Shown: positions 12,216 through 24,251, counted from the first letter of the stretch. The stretch: 64,000 nt of DNA from Octopus bimaculoides (GCF_001194135.2 NC_069001.1:22812928-22876927); one strand, 5' to 3'. Notes: generated by a model from the sequence alone, not told the origin. Numbers and translations: made by a program.

Positions 12216-12719
12216 ACCAGGTTTTTTTTGTTTTGTTTTGTTTTTTTTTTTGTATAAGTTCAAGTGTGTGTAGCAAGTATGATCTTACTTCTATCATTCT
12301 GAATTTAATTGTGTGTAGAATAAGAAAAATTATATATAGGCTTTTGAACATTTTCAGCATTCATGTTCCACTCATATGATATTGGTTAACGCATGGTTGT
12401 TCAGATGTTACTCAGCCACTGAATCACAGTGATATCAAACACTGAACAACATGGTTACAAACAATCTTCAAAACCTACATCTACTCTTCTGAATAGCAGA
12501 TCGAAAACAAAATCTAAGGTTAGCAATTAGAACTATTCAAAACACTGTATAAATAGTATGGAAGAGAAATGAGTTTGGTATATTGTCTTTGGGAGGGAAA
12601 AAAACGTTTAGAAATAGTTCTAGATAGCCATCAATTACTTGAGGTTCCTCAAAGGAAGGAAAATTTTAAGAGACAGATAAATTAATTAATTAATCAATCA
12701 ATCAAATATTCATATTAAC

Positions 12720-12960
12720 AAGCACAAAATTAATCATTATATCTTCAAGCATCATTTTTATTGAATACGTTAGCAGAATTGATGTTGTAGTGTCAATATC
12801 CTTTTTCAGGGTATCTCGCTGTATCTGTAATAGATAGATAATGCTATTAATATTGTTATCGATTGCTTTTGTAAGTTTTGTTTTTGATTTATTTCTTGTT
12901 ACTTCTATTGAAAAGTTCTGAAGTGAAAAACAATAATTCCTAGAAAATATCCAGGATGTC
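12720..12960 (-). mobile_element. Possible hAT C-terminal dimerisation-domain relic
   Basis: KTKLTKAID..NSIIYLLQIQRDTLKKDID loosely resembles hAT KTxLRSTxxxxRLNxLALLxIERD; weak. Confidence 0.25.
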
Positions 12961-13579
12961 ATCCACTTCTCAACTTAGCTTAAATGATGGATTAGCCTTC
13001 ACTACAGAATATAATGATTCTTTATCTGACGTTGAATTAGAAATATTTTATTTTCAAGTTTTCTAAAGAGAATTTGTAGGAAATTAAATTATCACTTTTC
13101 AATATTGCTTATTCCAAATTATTTTATCATAATTTTGTTTTCTAGTTTATATATTGCATGTATTTTTACCTTTTTGTCTTCATTTTTTTTCTTGGCAATG
13201 CAAAACAAAACAGTTGTGTTTTGATGAAAAGTTCTTGAATATGTGATGCTAAATTCAATTAACTTTTAATATGAACAATGTTATGGCTGACTATTGATGA
13301 ATAACTCCATTGGGATATGCCTACTACAACATAGATTCATACAATACCAAACCCTTTATAACTTACAAGAGATGGAATTTATTTGTTTTTTCTTTTTTCT
13401 TTTTTTTTTATTAGATATGAGAATAGTTTTGGTAGTTATATCTGAAACATGCAAGCAGAAGTTTCACCAGTGGAAAGAGAACTCTGCATCTAATCACTTA
13501 AATAATACGATGCTAAAACTTGATGTTCATGCCTTTTTCAAGGACTAGAGAAGACAATAACACTGATCAGATAGGTGCC

Positions 13580-13982
13580 AGTGAGCCTGTGTGGTAAGAA
13601 GTTTGGTTCCAAACCTCATGGTTCCAGGTTCAGTCCTATTGCATGGCATCTTGGGCAAGTGTCTTCTATAGTTTTGGGAAGACCAAAGCATTGTGAGTAA
13701 ATTTGGCAGATGGAAACTGAAGGAAGCCTGTCATATATATATGTGTATATAAATGTGTGTGTGTGTTTGTGCATGTCTTTATCCTCCATCACCATTTGAC
13801 AACCGGTGCTGCTGTGTTTATGTCCCTGTAACTTAGTGGCTCACTAAAAGAGACTGATAGAATAAGTACCAGGCTTAAAACAAAACAAGTACAGGAGGCA
13901 ATTTGTTTAAATAAAATTCTTCAAGGTGGTACTCCAGCATGGCCACAGTCTAATGACTGAAACAAATAAAAGATAAAAGATA
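13580..13982 (+). mobile_element. SINE family A
   Basis: Full head, body and tail. Confidence 0.85.
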
Positions 13983-14135
13983 GGGAATATATTGAATAAA
14001 ATAGTATCTACGATGAAGACAAAAGAATACTACAAGGCACTTTTAGTGTTTCTGTCATTCACTATCCTAACAACCACACTGATTCACAGCTTGGGCACAA
14101 AGACACACATATAACTGATTTAAACTCCACCTTTT

Positions 14136-14197
<62 letters not shown>

Positions 14198-14214
14198 AGG
14201 CATACTGGATTTCT

Positions 14215-14705
14215 TTTACTTGTTTCAGTTATTAGACTATGGCCATGCTAGAGCACTGCCTCAAAGAACAATTTTTAGTTGAATAAAGAGACCCAGTACT
14301 TTACTTCTTTTTAAAGCCTGTTACTCATTCTATTGATCTATTTTGCCAATCTGTTAAGTTACAGGGATGTAAACACACCAACACTGGTTGTCAAGTGGTG
14401 GTGGGGTCAAACACAGACACAAAAACACACACACACACACATATATGCGTGTGTATGTCAGGTTTCTTTCAGTTTCTGTCAACCTAATCCACTGACAAGC
14501 CTTTGGTCAGCCTGAGGCTATAGTACAGGGTGTCCAAAAAGTCTGGGTACATGGGGATTAACTCATACTTTAAGAAATTATTATTTCTTACATTTAATTG
14601 TTTATGTTATGATTTTATTTACTCCATGTACCCAGACCATGTGGACATCCTGTAGAAGACACTTGCCCAAGGTACTGTGCAGTGGGACTGAACCCTAAAC
14701 CATGC
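14215..14705 (-). mobile_element. SINE family A interrupted by a MITE
   Basis: Reverse-complement family A sequence split at CTATAG-TA-GAAGAC. Confidence 0.8.
14526..14652. mobile_element. 127-bp Tc1/mariner-type MITE with TA target duplication
   Basis: TIRs CAGGGTGTCCAAAAAGTCTGGGTACATGG / CCATGTACCCAGACCATGTGGACATCCTG; TA on both sides; other SINE A copies have one TA at this site. Confidence 0.85.
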
Positions 14706-14779
14706 AGCTCCTGGTTATTATTTTATTAGCCCTGGCAGAATTTCCTTTCAGAGTGTGAATGGTTAGTTCGCATAAATGC

Positions 14780-14968
14780 GCTCAAACCAGTGCTAGGTAA
14801 AAAGCATCCAGTACATTCTGTAAAGTGGTTGGCATTAGAAAGGGCATCCAGCTGTAGAAACCATGCCAAAGCAGACAGTTTGAGCCTGGAGAGCCCTCTG
14901 GTTTGTCAGCTCTTATCAAGTTATCCAACCCATGCCATCATTGAAAACACTTGTTAAATAATGATGCT
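14780..14968 (+). mobile_element. RTE-type LINE 3' tail (family C)
   Basis: GTGGTTGGCATTAGAAAGGGCATCCAGCTGTAGAAAC ... CCAACCCATGCCA. Confidence 0.7.
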
Positions 14969-15465
14969 GGTTCACTTCTGACCAATCCAACCTCTCCACC
15001 TCTGTCTTTTACAAACCCTGTCACATCCATTCCTACCAGAATTCAATCTCACTCTTCCCACACTTATACCAAACCTGCCTTCATGTCTGTAGCCTTTATT
15101 TTTACTTTAAAACCCGAAATGGCCTACAATTTCTTGCAATGACATTATCCATGCATTGACACCACCTGCTCTCATAAATGTGTAACTGACCACCAGTCCA
15201 CCCTCATGCCATATATTCACATCACCCCCAAATACTTTCTTTCCATCCCCTTCTCACCTGCCATCTTGTTATTTTATCCTGTAATACTTCTGTCCCCTGC
15301 AATCTGACCCAACACCACCACCATCTCCAGTGTATTCTCCGTATAGTATTCATCCCTACTTAAATGTGGATGTCCTGTTAGAACTTTGCTGCAGTAGACG
15401 ACATGAATTCAAATCAGCTTTTTATGCATTTCCCATCTCTCCACTTATGGTATAATAAAGAAGTC

Positions 15466-16015
15466 ATTTTGAACCAAAAAGCCAATAGAGTTTTTCACAT
15501 GGTGTTTACCACAGTATAGTTTGTTCTAACAGAACATCCATATTTACGTGGGGATAAATATTACTTCTAGGTATCAATACCATTTCTATCACAAATATGT
15601 ATATATTTTAACAAGCTCACTGGCTAATCATAACACTGGTGGCCATTCTGGCACTTATTTTCTATATATTGCTGGTGGGGAGATGAGTCACTACTGCTAT
15701 CCCTAGGGGCCAATTGTCCAACATTGACAAGACGAAAGAAGGTCAAAAGCACAAGATCTGGTGCTTTTGATGCTGGAGGTAACAGGGATTTATCTCCCTG
15801 CCAGCAATATATAGAATAAGAGTGCCAGAAGAGGTGCTGGTGTCATGATTAGCCTATGAGGTGGCAGGTGATTTATCTCCTTGCTAGTGATATACAAAAG
15901 AGTGTATTTTGCACCAAAAGCCAATATGAGAGTTTCTCTCATGGTATCTATCATAGTATAGTCTGTTCTAACAGAGCACCCATGTTTAAGTGAGGATAAA
16001 TATTACCTCTTGGTA
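15466..16015. repeat. Composite of direct repeat, inverted repeat pair, direct repeat
   Basis: DR 15466-15573 ~ 15906-16015; IR arms 15622-15689 and 15787-15854. Confidence 0.8.
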
Positions 16016-16489
16016 ATATTTATTATCATGGTTTATTATCGTGATTGCTGTTAATGCCTGGCAAAAGCTATTCATGCCTCAGGATTGAAAAAAAGAAAAA
16101 TCTAAGTTTCAGGCATACACTGAGATTGATTTCATCTCTACTCCTTAAATGTAAAGCTTTGTGCCGATGTGAGAAACAATTTTTATTTCAAGGCCTATAA
16201 ATAAATTTTACTAATAAAGTATTAACCAACTGACCAAAGCCCTCCCATAAAAGCTTGTGACTTTATAACAATGCTAGGAAGGAACAAGTCCAATCCTATG
16301 CATCTTTGTAGCTGAGAAATGTATCAGTGTATAAAATTACTAAGAAAATAGCCAGAACAAGATAAGAATAAAGCATACTTGTGTACAATGAAGGGACAAA
16401 ACAGAGAGGAATTTCCTCATCCAAACAGTGATCCTTTTTCAAAGGAAAAGCAGGTAACAGAAAGAGGAACATTCAGTAGAACGATTTAT

Positions 16490-16880
16490 ATGTAGCCATA
16501 TGGTAAGAAGCTGGCTTCTTAACCACATAGTTCTGGTTTCAGTCCCACTATATGGCACCGTGAGCATATATCTTCTACTATAATCTCAAGTTGACCAAAG
16601 CTTTGTAAGTGGATTTGGTAGATGGAAACTGAAGGAAGACCATTGAGTGTATGTGTGTGTGTGTGTTTGTGTGTTTGTCCCCCCCCCCTGCCACTACTTG
16701 ATGACCAGTGCTGGTCTGTTTACGTCCTCATGACTTAGCATTTCAAGAGACTGATAAAATAAATAGAGCCTTAAAAAAAATAAGTACAGGGGTTGATTCG
16801 TTCAACTAAAAATTCTTCAAAGCAGTGCCCCAGCATGGCCTCATTCTAATGACTGAAGGAAGTAAAAGAATATAAGTAAA
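16490..16880 (+). mobile_element. SINE family A
   Basis: Full head, body and tail. Confidence 0.8.
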
Positions 16881-17398
16881 AGAGCTTCTCAGCATGGCCA
16901 CGAGAGTCCCTAGAAACAGCAGCCAGCCTTACCACAAATTAAACCCTAACATCTTAAAAGTAAGTGAAAGTACATAGTACAAAATGTTGTCTTGTATATA
17001 TTACATCTAAAAAGTGATATAATCTTCATGGGCGGCACATCTTTAACCATAGATCTGCTGTATCATGGTTTGCTTTGGGTTAAACAAGAACAGCAACAAT
17101 GTAGAAGCAATGTAGCTAAAACATCCATTTTATTATCCCTGCTGGAATTAAAATAGAATATAACATAACAAACTGGATAATGCAAAGTACCTAGTTTAAC
17201 TCTAAGTAATCCTAATACATTTTCATATTGACATTATTCTCTATTTTTAACAATCATATTTCAGGAATTTTTTAGCTGATTTATCTTGTAATGTGATTTC
17301 CTAAAAACCACTCTATTCCAGTCAGGCTTTTGGCAGAATTAAATACAAAAGTTGCTTAAAACCTAGTGCTGCAGACTTCATTAGATCTGTCTCATTAC

Positions 17399-17536
17399 CA
17401 GTAATAATGTACACAGAATCCAATTTTGCTTCTGGTGCTGTTGGTGTTAAAACTTAAGTTCCAAATTTTTAAGCCATATCCTGGGTGCCTAATGAGATTT
17501 TTCTCCACTCTGCAGCTAATAATATCGGTAACTATC
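17399..17536 (-). other. Candidate 138-nt internal exon (unverified)
   Basis: CTCTAATCTTCAG|G ... CTG|GTAATG; one open frame IVTDIISCRVEKNLIRHPGYGLKIWNLSFNTNSTRSKIGFCVHYY; no recognised homology. Confidence 0.2.
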
Positions 17537-17959
17537 CTGAAGATTAGAGTTCTAAATCAAGACTAAATTTAGTTTGGACTTGGTGTAATAGCAGACTTGT
17601 GTGACACCGTTGATGGTAAATACTACAGCAAAGCTATATTTTATGAACACAGACACACACGCACATGCATACATACATACATACATATAAATAGATATAC
17701 ATACATGCATCAATACTATGTATGTACAAATATAAGTATATATACAACATATGTATATATGTATATATAATTTATATATATACATATATATGCAAGTGTG
17801 TGTGTGTGTGTGTGTGTGTATACATATATATATATATATATATATGTAAATATATACATATATGTATATATTTATATATTAAGATGTATGCATACACAAG
17901 TGTGTATGTATCCATATATATCTATATATATACAGAGTAAGCATGACCATGTAGTTAAG

Positions 17960-18390
17960 TTCATTTCCCAGCAATATGATTTTGGTTTGGTTCCACCAGA
18001 TGCTAGTTTGTTCAAATATTTTCTTCCATAGCCTTGGGCTATAGGTTCTTGTTCTCTTCCAACAACAGATCTGCTGTTCAAATGTCCCTTACAAACCACT
18101 TTTCACCTTCTGGAATCAAATACTCATAGTCAACTTCTTCAGGGTCAACATGATATAAAATAAAGTGTTACATCCTTCAGTGAGTTTCAATATTTCAACA
18201 CAATTCTTGCTTCTTCTTAGCCAGGCCTCAAGATGGCTCCTGGTCCTTTCCAAACACCTTTTATACCTTTTCTCAACTGGAGCACTGTATAGAGAGTCAG
18301 GCAACTAATACTGGTGTTACTTCTCCTCCTTCTGTATTATTGTTGACACAACACCTTCAGTCATTAACTTGTGTTTTCTATATATGTACT
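17960..18390 (-). mobile_element. Gypsy-like 3' end (pol tail, PPT, LTR start), degenerate
   Basis: Nucleotide homology to 22240-22400; purine run AAGAAGAAGCAAGAA followed by TGTGTTGAAA. Confidence 0.45.
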
Positions 18391-18397
18391 CATTAAA

Positions 18398-18826
18398 GGT
18401 GGTGAGCTGGCAGAAATGTTAGCAATTCAGTTCAAATGCTGAGCAGTATTTCATCTGTCTCTACCTTCTGAGTTCAAATTCCGCCAAGGTCGACTTTGCC
18501 TTTCATCCTTTCGAGGTCGATAAATTAAGTACCAGTTACGCACTGAGGTTGTTGTAATTAACTTAATCCCTTTGTCTGTCCTTGTTTGTCCCCTCTATGT
18601 TTAGCCCTCTGTGGGCAATAAAAAATAAGAAACTTTAGCAATTCGGTTGAAATGCTTAGTGGTATTTCATCTGTCTTTACGTTCTGAGTTCAAATTCCCT
18701 TGAGGTTGACTTTGCCTTTCATCCTTTCAGGGTCGATAAATTAGATACCAGTTGCATACTGGGTCGATCTAATCGACTGGCCCCTCCCCAAAAATTTTGG
18801 GCCTTGTGCCTAGAGTAGAAAAGAAT
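18398..18826 (+). mobile_element. SINE family B head-to-tail dimer
   Basis: A-box-like TGGCAGAAATGTT and B-box GAGTTCAAATTCC; second unit starts at junction ATAAGAAACTTTAGCA (18625-18640) and has a different 3' end. Confidence 0.85.
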
Positions 18827-18849
18827 ATCTTTGTGCTTTGTTCCATACT

Positions 18850-19250
18850 GTATTAATTTCTTAGAACTTGGTGAAGAGTATCTGGTTCCCATCGATCAAA
18901 AGTGATCTGCAAGTCACTTTCGATAACAATTCAGTTGGAGACACTCCAGTTGTTGAATCCAGAGTAATTCTGAAAGTAAACGAGAACCTTTTAACTGCAG
19001 TTTCCAGCCTCTCTTTCCCGTTCACCTTCATTTTCTTTATTGCCTCTTTCAATGTACAAACAGTGCACTCAGCTTAACCGTTTGAGTAGGGATGCTGTGG
19101 AGAGGTGAATATATACCACATTCCACTAAGGTCCATTAACTATTAAACTCTTTACTAATGATATATGGGCCATAGTCAGTTGCTAATATCAGAGGCAGAT
19201 CATATGGGATGAAGATTGCCTCCTCTTTCTCTGCTGCGACTGTAGCAACC
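18850..19250 (-). mobile_element. Gypsy integrase relic
   Basis: AIFIPYDLPLILATDYGPYIISKEFNS / PQHPYSNG*AECTVCTLKEAIKKMK..RFSFTFRITLDSTTGVSPTELL, the integrase D..E region and downstream motif. Confidence 0.85.
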
Positions 19251-19525
19251 ATGAAATTCATGCTCTCAGAGTATCCACTCCCACTACTGACTTGGTCACC
19301 TTGGTAATGGAAGCTATCAACTACTTCTAGTTCTTCCTCCTGGCATGTGATGGAAGCTGTTTTCTGCGCATTTTCAGTGTTTATTGCCCTGTGCATTTGC
19401 AACACACAAAATCTATCTTCCCAGTTAACATTTCTTTGATATTGCTGCACCTCTTATGTGTCCATAGATTTCACTGGGTACATCTTATGGAGTTTCTACC
19501 CCAGAGCAGCTGTCTGGCTTCTGTG
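19250..19525 (-). mobile_element. Internal RTE LINE fragment fused to the Gypsy relic
   Basis: GRNSIRCTQ*NLWTHKRCSNIK..CCKC..EELEVVDSFHYQGDQVSSGSG (cf. RTE FxYLG). Confidence 0.75.
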
Positions 19526-19905
19526 CCAGTGGCACATAAATAGCACCATTTGAACGTGATCGTTACCAGCGTTGCCTTACTGGCATTTGTGCTGGGGGCA
19601 TGTGAAAAAACATTCGAGCGAGGTCATTGCCAGTGTTGCTGGACTGGCTCCTGTGCAGGTGGCACGTAAAAAACACCATTTGAGTGTGGCCATTGCCAGT
19701 ACCGCCTGAGTGGCGCTCATGCCGGTGTCATGTAAAAGCACCCACTACACTCTCGGAGTGGTTGGCATTAGGAAGGGTATCCAACTGTAGAAACTCTGCC
19801 ACATCAGATTGGAGCCTAGTGCAGCCATCTGGTTCGCCAGTCCTCAATCAAATCGTCCAACCCATGCTAGCATGGAAAGCGAATGTTAAACGATGATGAT
19901 GATAT
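19510..19905 (+). mobile_element. RTE-type LINE 3' UTR/tail (family C)
   Basis: Ends GCATGGAAAGCGAATGTTAAACGATGATGATG. Confidence 0.8.
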
Positions 19906-19924
19906 ATATAAATATAAATAATAT

Positions 19925-20148
19925 TATATTATCCGAAAAATATAGTATTATATAACCATAATGGCTGATCTTACCAGTCGGTTAACACGAGGAATACAGT
20001 GGAGTGTTAGGTAACAATCTGATTATATAACTTTATGCTCATCAGAGTTAGCCGATTGTTACCTAACACTCCATTGTATTCCTTGCATGAAACCAACTGT
20101 AAGATCAGCCGTGATGAATATATAATACTATATATTTTGAATAATATA
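19925..20148. repeat. Long inverted repeat (hairpin or MITE-like)
   Basis: Arms 19925-20019 and 20054-20148; inner 29 nt match at 28/29. Confidence 0.9.
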
Positions 20149-20227
20149 CCCACTCTATTGACAGATATATGAGTGCATCTTTTCTCTGATTTATGGTCTC
20201 TTGGATGACTCACGTATGTGTTTGTAA

Positions 20228-20610
20228 ATTCTTTTATTCTTTTATTTGTTTCAGTCATTTGACTGCAGCCATGCTGGAGCACCACCTTTAGTTGAACAAA
20301 TCAACCCCAGGACTTACTCTTTGTAAGCCTAATACTTATTCTATCAGTGTCTTTTTCCAAACCGCTAAGTTACAGGGACATAAATACACCAACATCGGTT
20401 GTCAAGCAATGGTGGGGTCAAATACAGACACACACTCACTCTCACATACGACAGGCTTCTTTCAGTTTCCGTCTACCAAATCCACTCACAAGGCTTTGGT
20501 TGGCTCGAGGCTATAGTAGAAGACACTTGCCCAAGGTGCCATGTAGTGGGACTGAACTTGGAACCATGTGGTTGGTAAGCAAGCTACTTACCACACAGCC
20601 ACTCCTGCAC
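20228..20610 (-). mobile_element. SINE family A
   Basis: Complete reverse-complement copy. Confidence 0.85.
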
Positions 20611-21429
20611 CTATACACACACACTCGCTTTGTTTTTGTTTTAGGCTTGCAAGATTTTTTATGTGAATTTTCATGTGTGTGTGTCTATGAGAGAGTGAGA
20701 GAGATTTCACTAAACAAATCATTTATACCTTTAACTCCGATGTATGTCGCACAACTGTTCTGTTAAGTTTGTATTTTTAAGATAAAGATAAGAGATTCTT
20801 CATATCTTCCATAATTGATATTTTGACTTGTTCTAAGTAAATATTGGTTTACAAAAATTATATAAATTTTGTAAATTTTCAGTATTAGACGAACTTCAGA
20901 ATTTGTTTCCATATATTTTCTTTAAATATAGGCCTGACTCAGTAGACTCATCCATTGATTAAAACAACAGCTATATTAGAATGATAATTTTTATTTTAGA
21001 ATTAGTGGAGTATCATTGGAGCTCATCATGCTACCAACCCAATTTTTCTGATTTTCATTGATTTTGACAACTTTTTTCAAATTTTTATTTTAAAAACAAT
21101 ATCACTACGAATATTTTAAAAAGTAAGCATTTAATTATATATTTGTTGGACTTTCAGAATAACTGTCTTACCTAAATCGTAATTTCTCGGATTCTGTTTC
21201 GGTATTTTTCCACATTTCAAAATACTCACAAGCAGAGTTTCTTTAACAAAACATTTTAATCCATATTTTCTTACCATACCTTTGCCATCTCTATTTTCTT
21301 TCCTTCTTTTTTGTCACTTTTCATCATTAACTGTTCTGTATTTTGAAACACTTGTAATTCCTATTTTTACAGAATAGAATATGGAAAAGATATCATGCTT
21401 AGATCAAAATTTCTCTTCTCTTTTTTCAG

Positions 21430-21453
21430 AATTTTAACCTTGAATGAAGAACT
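21430..21453 (+). other. Candidate 24-nt exon
   Basis: TTTCTCTTCTCTTTTTTCAG|AATTTTAACCTTGAATGAAGAACT|GTAAGT, consensus acceptor and donor. Confidence 0.35.
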
Positions 21454-21699
21454 GTAAGTACAAAATATTTTCTATAAAAATGCGTATTAGATGTGTTTCA
21501 AAACACGGAATGTTATAACATTTAAGATATATTGTGCAACATACAAAGAACAACCAAATTCAGCTCACAGTTAGACGAGTCCCCTTTGCCAATCAATAAA
21601 AATTTGTTTTTTGCTCGTTTGCTTCATCAGAGACTAAAAATATTAAATGTCCTGTCACTGAGCAATAGCTGCATTGTATTAGGTGTCTATTGAGTTTCT

Positions 21700-22075
21700 C
21701 CTCAAAATTACTTATCTAAAATATTTTTTCCAGTGTTGAGACTTGCTGGCTGATGGTTTCTTGGTCTGTTCTGACTTGAGAATAGCGCAAAAGCCTCTCA
21801 GGAATTTCCTTTTAAGGGCAGATTGAATGCGTTTCTCCATTATCTGACAAAGTTCATCAAATCCTTTTTCACCCAGTTTATTATTGGATAAACCTTGAAG
21901 AACTGATTGATTTTTTTGCACCAACTACAGACAATAGTGTATCTTGTTTTTATATAGTAATCTTCCACATTGTAAGTAGCAAAAAAAAAAAAAAAAATCC
22001 TTGAATGTTCCGCATAATTCATCCAATTTTCCTCCATACATTTCCATTCGTTTACAACAACAAACAATAACATTT
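21700..22075 (-). mobile_element. Gypsy gag N-terminal relic
   Basis: EENWMNYAE..FFFATYNVED / QDTLLSVVGAK / NKLGEKGFDELCQIMEKRIQ, typical Gypsy gag start. Confidence 0.7.
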
Positions 22076-22164
22076 TTGAAGATAAGATGAATCTAAATTT
22101 AAATTTTGCAATTCATGTTGTAGGTTGCCAAACATTATTAAATCAATGCATCCTTACTTTCTCC

Positions 22165-22400
22165 TGTTGTAAACATATCAATTTAATGTTTCGAATCTCT
22201 ATGAATATATATTTTCTTCTTTTATCTCATTACCAATAAGTTTTAATTTTTCAACACAATTCTTGTTTCTCCTTACTCTTACCTCAAGATGGCTCTTAGC
22301 CATTTCCCAGTGCCTTTATACCTTTCACCACTGAAGAGTTACATTAATAACTGGAGAACTAACACTGGGCTTGTTTCTCCTGCTTTCATGTTCTTGTCCA
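22165..22400 (-). mobile_element. Putative Gypsy pol tail, PPT and short LTR
   Basis: Purine run then TGTGTTG (22258) ... TTTACAACA (22165), 94 bp; homologous to the 18.1-18.35 kb segment. Confidence 0.4.
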
Positions 22401-22680
22401 CTGCGTACATTTACAAAAGGCGATTGTATTCTTGTATGGAATGTTTGTGCTAGTGAATGCTGGTTGGAAGACTCTACAAACCTGATAATTGGAAGCTGTA
22501 AATATGAAGTAAAAGTGGGTGAAGACATGTTAGAACCACTTCTGAAGCTCTCATTCTTGTCATCTGAAGTATTGGTATCTCATGTTCTTACTATTACAGC
22601 AGTTGAAGTTCCTATTATTTCTGAAATACCTGAAGTTCCCGATCTGTAATGCCAAGTAAAATTCCTGAATCACCAGAGAT
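22371..22680 (+). mobile_element. Gypsy integrase C-terminal relic, opposite orientation
   Basis: RTFTKGDCILVWNV..W....IIGSCKYEVKVGE then a P/E-rich linker; EIRRTSHERQ at ~23385-23415. Confidence 0.5.
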
Positions 22681-23544
22681 ATCTGTAGTGAGTCAGGAAA
22701 GCTATTTGTGTTGCTGCAGCATAGTACAGTTGTGCTATGGCATATTCCAGCCAATCAGGGCTGGATGCATAGGAATATAAAAGGCAGTTCTCTGCCCAAG
22801 CAGAAAAATGAGTTTTTTTAAGCAGTTGGCGAAAAGATGGTGCAGCAGCAACATTTCTTCTTTCAACATGAAACAGCTTTTGGTTTTTCACCACCACTTC
22901 ATGCAGCTCACCTGAAGTTATATCAGCTCTCAACTTGTTACCTTCTGAACAACCTAGTTCCTTTACGCTAACTTCGCTTCTCAAAAGTCTGGATGACATC
23001 AGCCACTCTTTGCCTCATAATGAACTGTATATTTTCGTTTAAACTAGCTTCATTTCTATTATCTTACAACTGCTTTCAACAGAATCAATTTTGTGCAAAA
23101 GTAAGTTATAATACTTTACCTGCCTCACATACACATACAGGCTACACATCTTGCTACTTGTCAACTCTCGTTCCTATTTTGATAAAATTACAATGTTTTG
23201 TTTAAAAACTGCCTTCTGATATTCATTTACACATGTTTCTCAAAAGCGTATTTAATAGACTTTGTCACCATCACTTTCATATTTTAAATTAGTGACCACC
23301 CTCACTAAATGTCAACTACCGCTGATTCTCCATTGTGCATCTCTGTTGTCTCTCCCAGTACATCTGAAGTACTGACAGGTCCCGAAATTCGTAGGACAAG
23401 TCATGAGCGTCAACAAATCTATGTTTAATGATTTACAATGTGTAGATAACATATTACTGGTTGGAAATGTACTGAGAAGAATATGGAAGCAGGGGAAATA
23501 GCTCCAGTATTAATTGTCTGAATATCTATGTCTCTCTTCAACAG

Positions 23545-23659
23545 AAGTTCTTTGTATTAACGATAGGGGCCATCTTGAATCAAGACTAAAGAGAAACAAG
23601 TGTTGTATTGAAACTCCACTGTGTTTTCTTTGCCTTGATTTAAACCCACAGATACATCA
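23545..23659 (+). other. Candidate 115-nt exon with NAGNAG acceptor
   Basis: TCTATGTCTCTCTTCAACAG|AAG ... CATCA|GTGAGT; one frame open: VLCINDRGHLESRLKRNKCCIETPLCFLCLDLNPQIH. Confidence 0.35.
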
Positions 23660-24216
23660 GTGAGTATCATATTTTACTAGTTATGTCTTCTTTTGATATT
23701 TTTGTTGCTCTGCAATAAGTCTTTTATAATAATTTTCTAGTCAAAGATTTGCCCTACCTTTCTATATTTATGAAAGTATACAATTTCTTATGTCAAATTT
23801 TCCAATGGCATACTTCTAAATACAGATATTCTTTCTTTTTTGGTCTTTGAAATTCAATTATCTTCCAGTTAAGAACATTACAATCATAACATATTACTAA
23901 GACAGCTATAGTACCAATGTTTATCATCTTAGTGTTTGTATTTATCTCGATTTTAAGTATTAATCTAATGCATACATAATATCCTTTCCTAATATTTTCA
24001 ATGCATGTGCTGTTCTAGTTTATTAATTCTTAACTACTTCTAAGTTTAGTCTGATCCTCTTTTATCTCTGTTTCCTTATCTAATATAGTATTAATGGTTA
24101 GTATTACTATTCAACAGCTCCATTGTAGGCTTTCACTGTGTTTCCTAATACAGTTCTGTCTACCTAAGATGTGTGCAGTGTTTTGTTTTGCTTTTTCAGT
24201 TGCGTTGGAGTACTCA

Positions 24217-24251
<35 letters not shown>

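Noticed and set aside
14950-15380. Purine-rich minus-strand segment as a retroelement relic
   Set aside because: Many stops and no motif I could assign.
15466-15573. 5S rRNA-derived sequence
   Set aside because: Only faint resemblance to reverse-complement 5S; no clear A/IE/C boxes.
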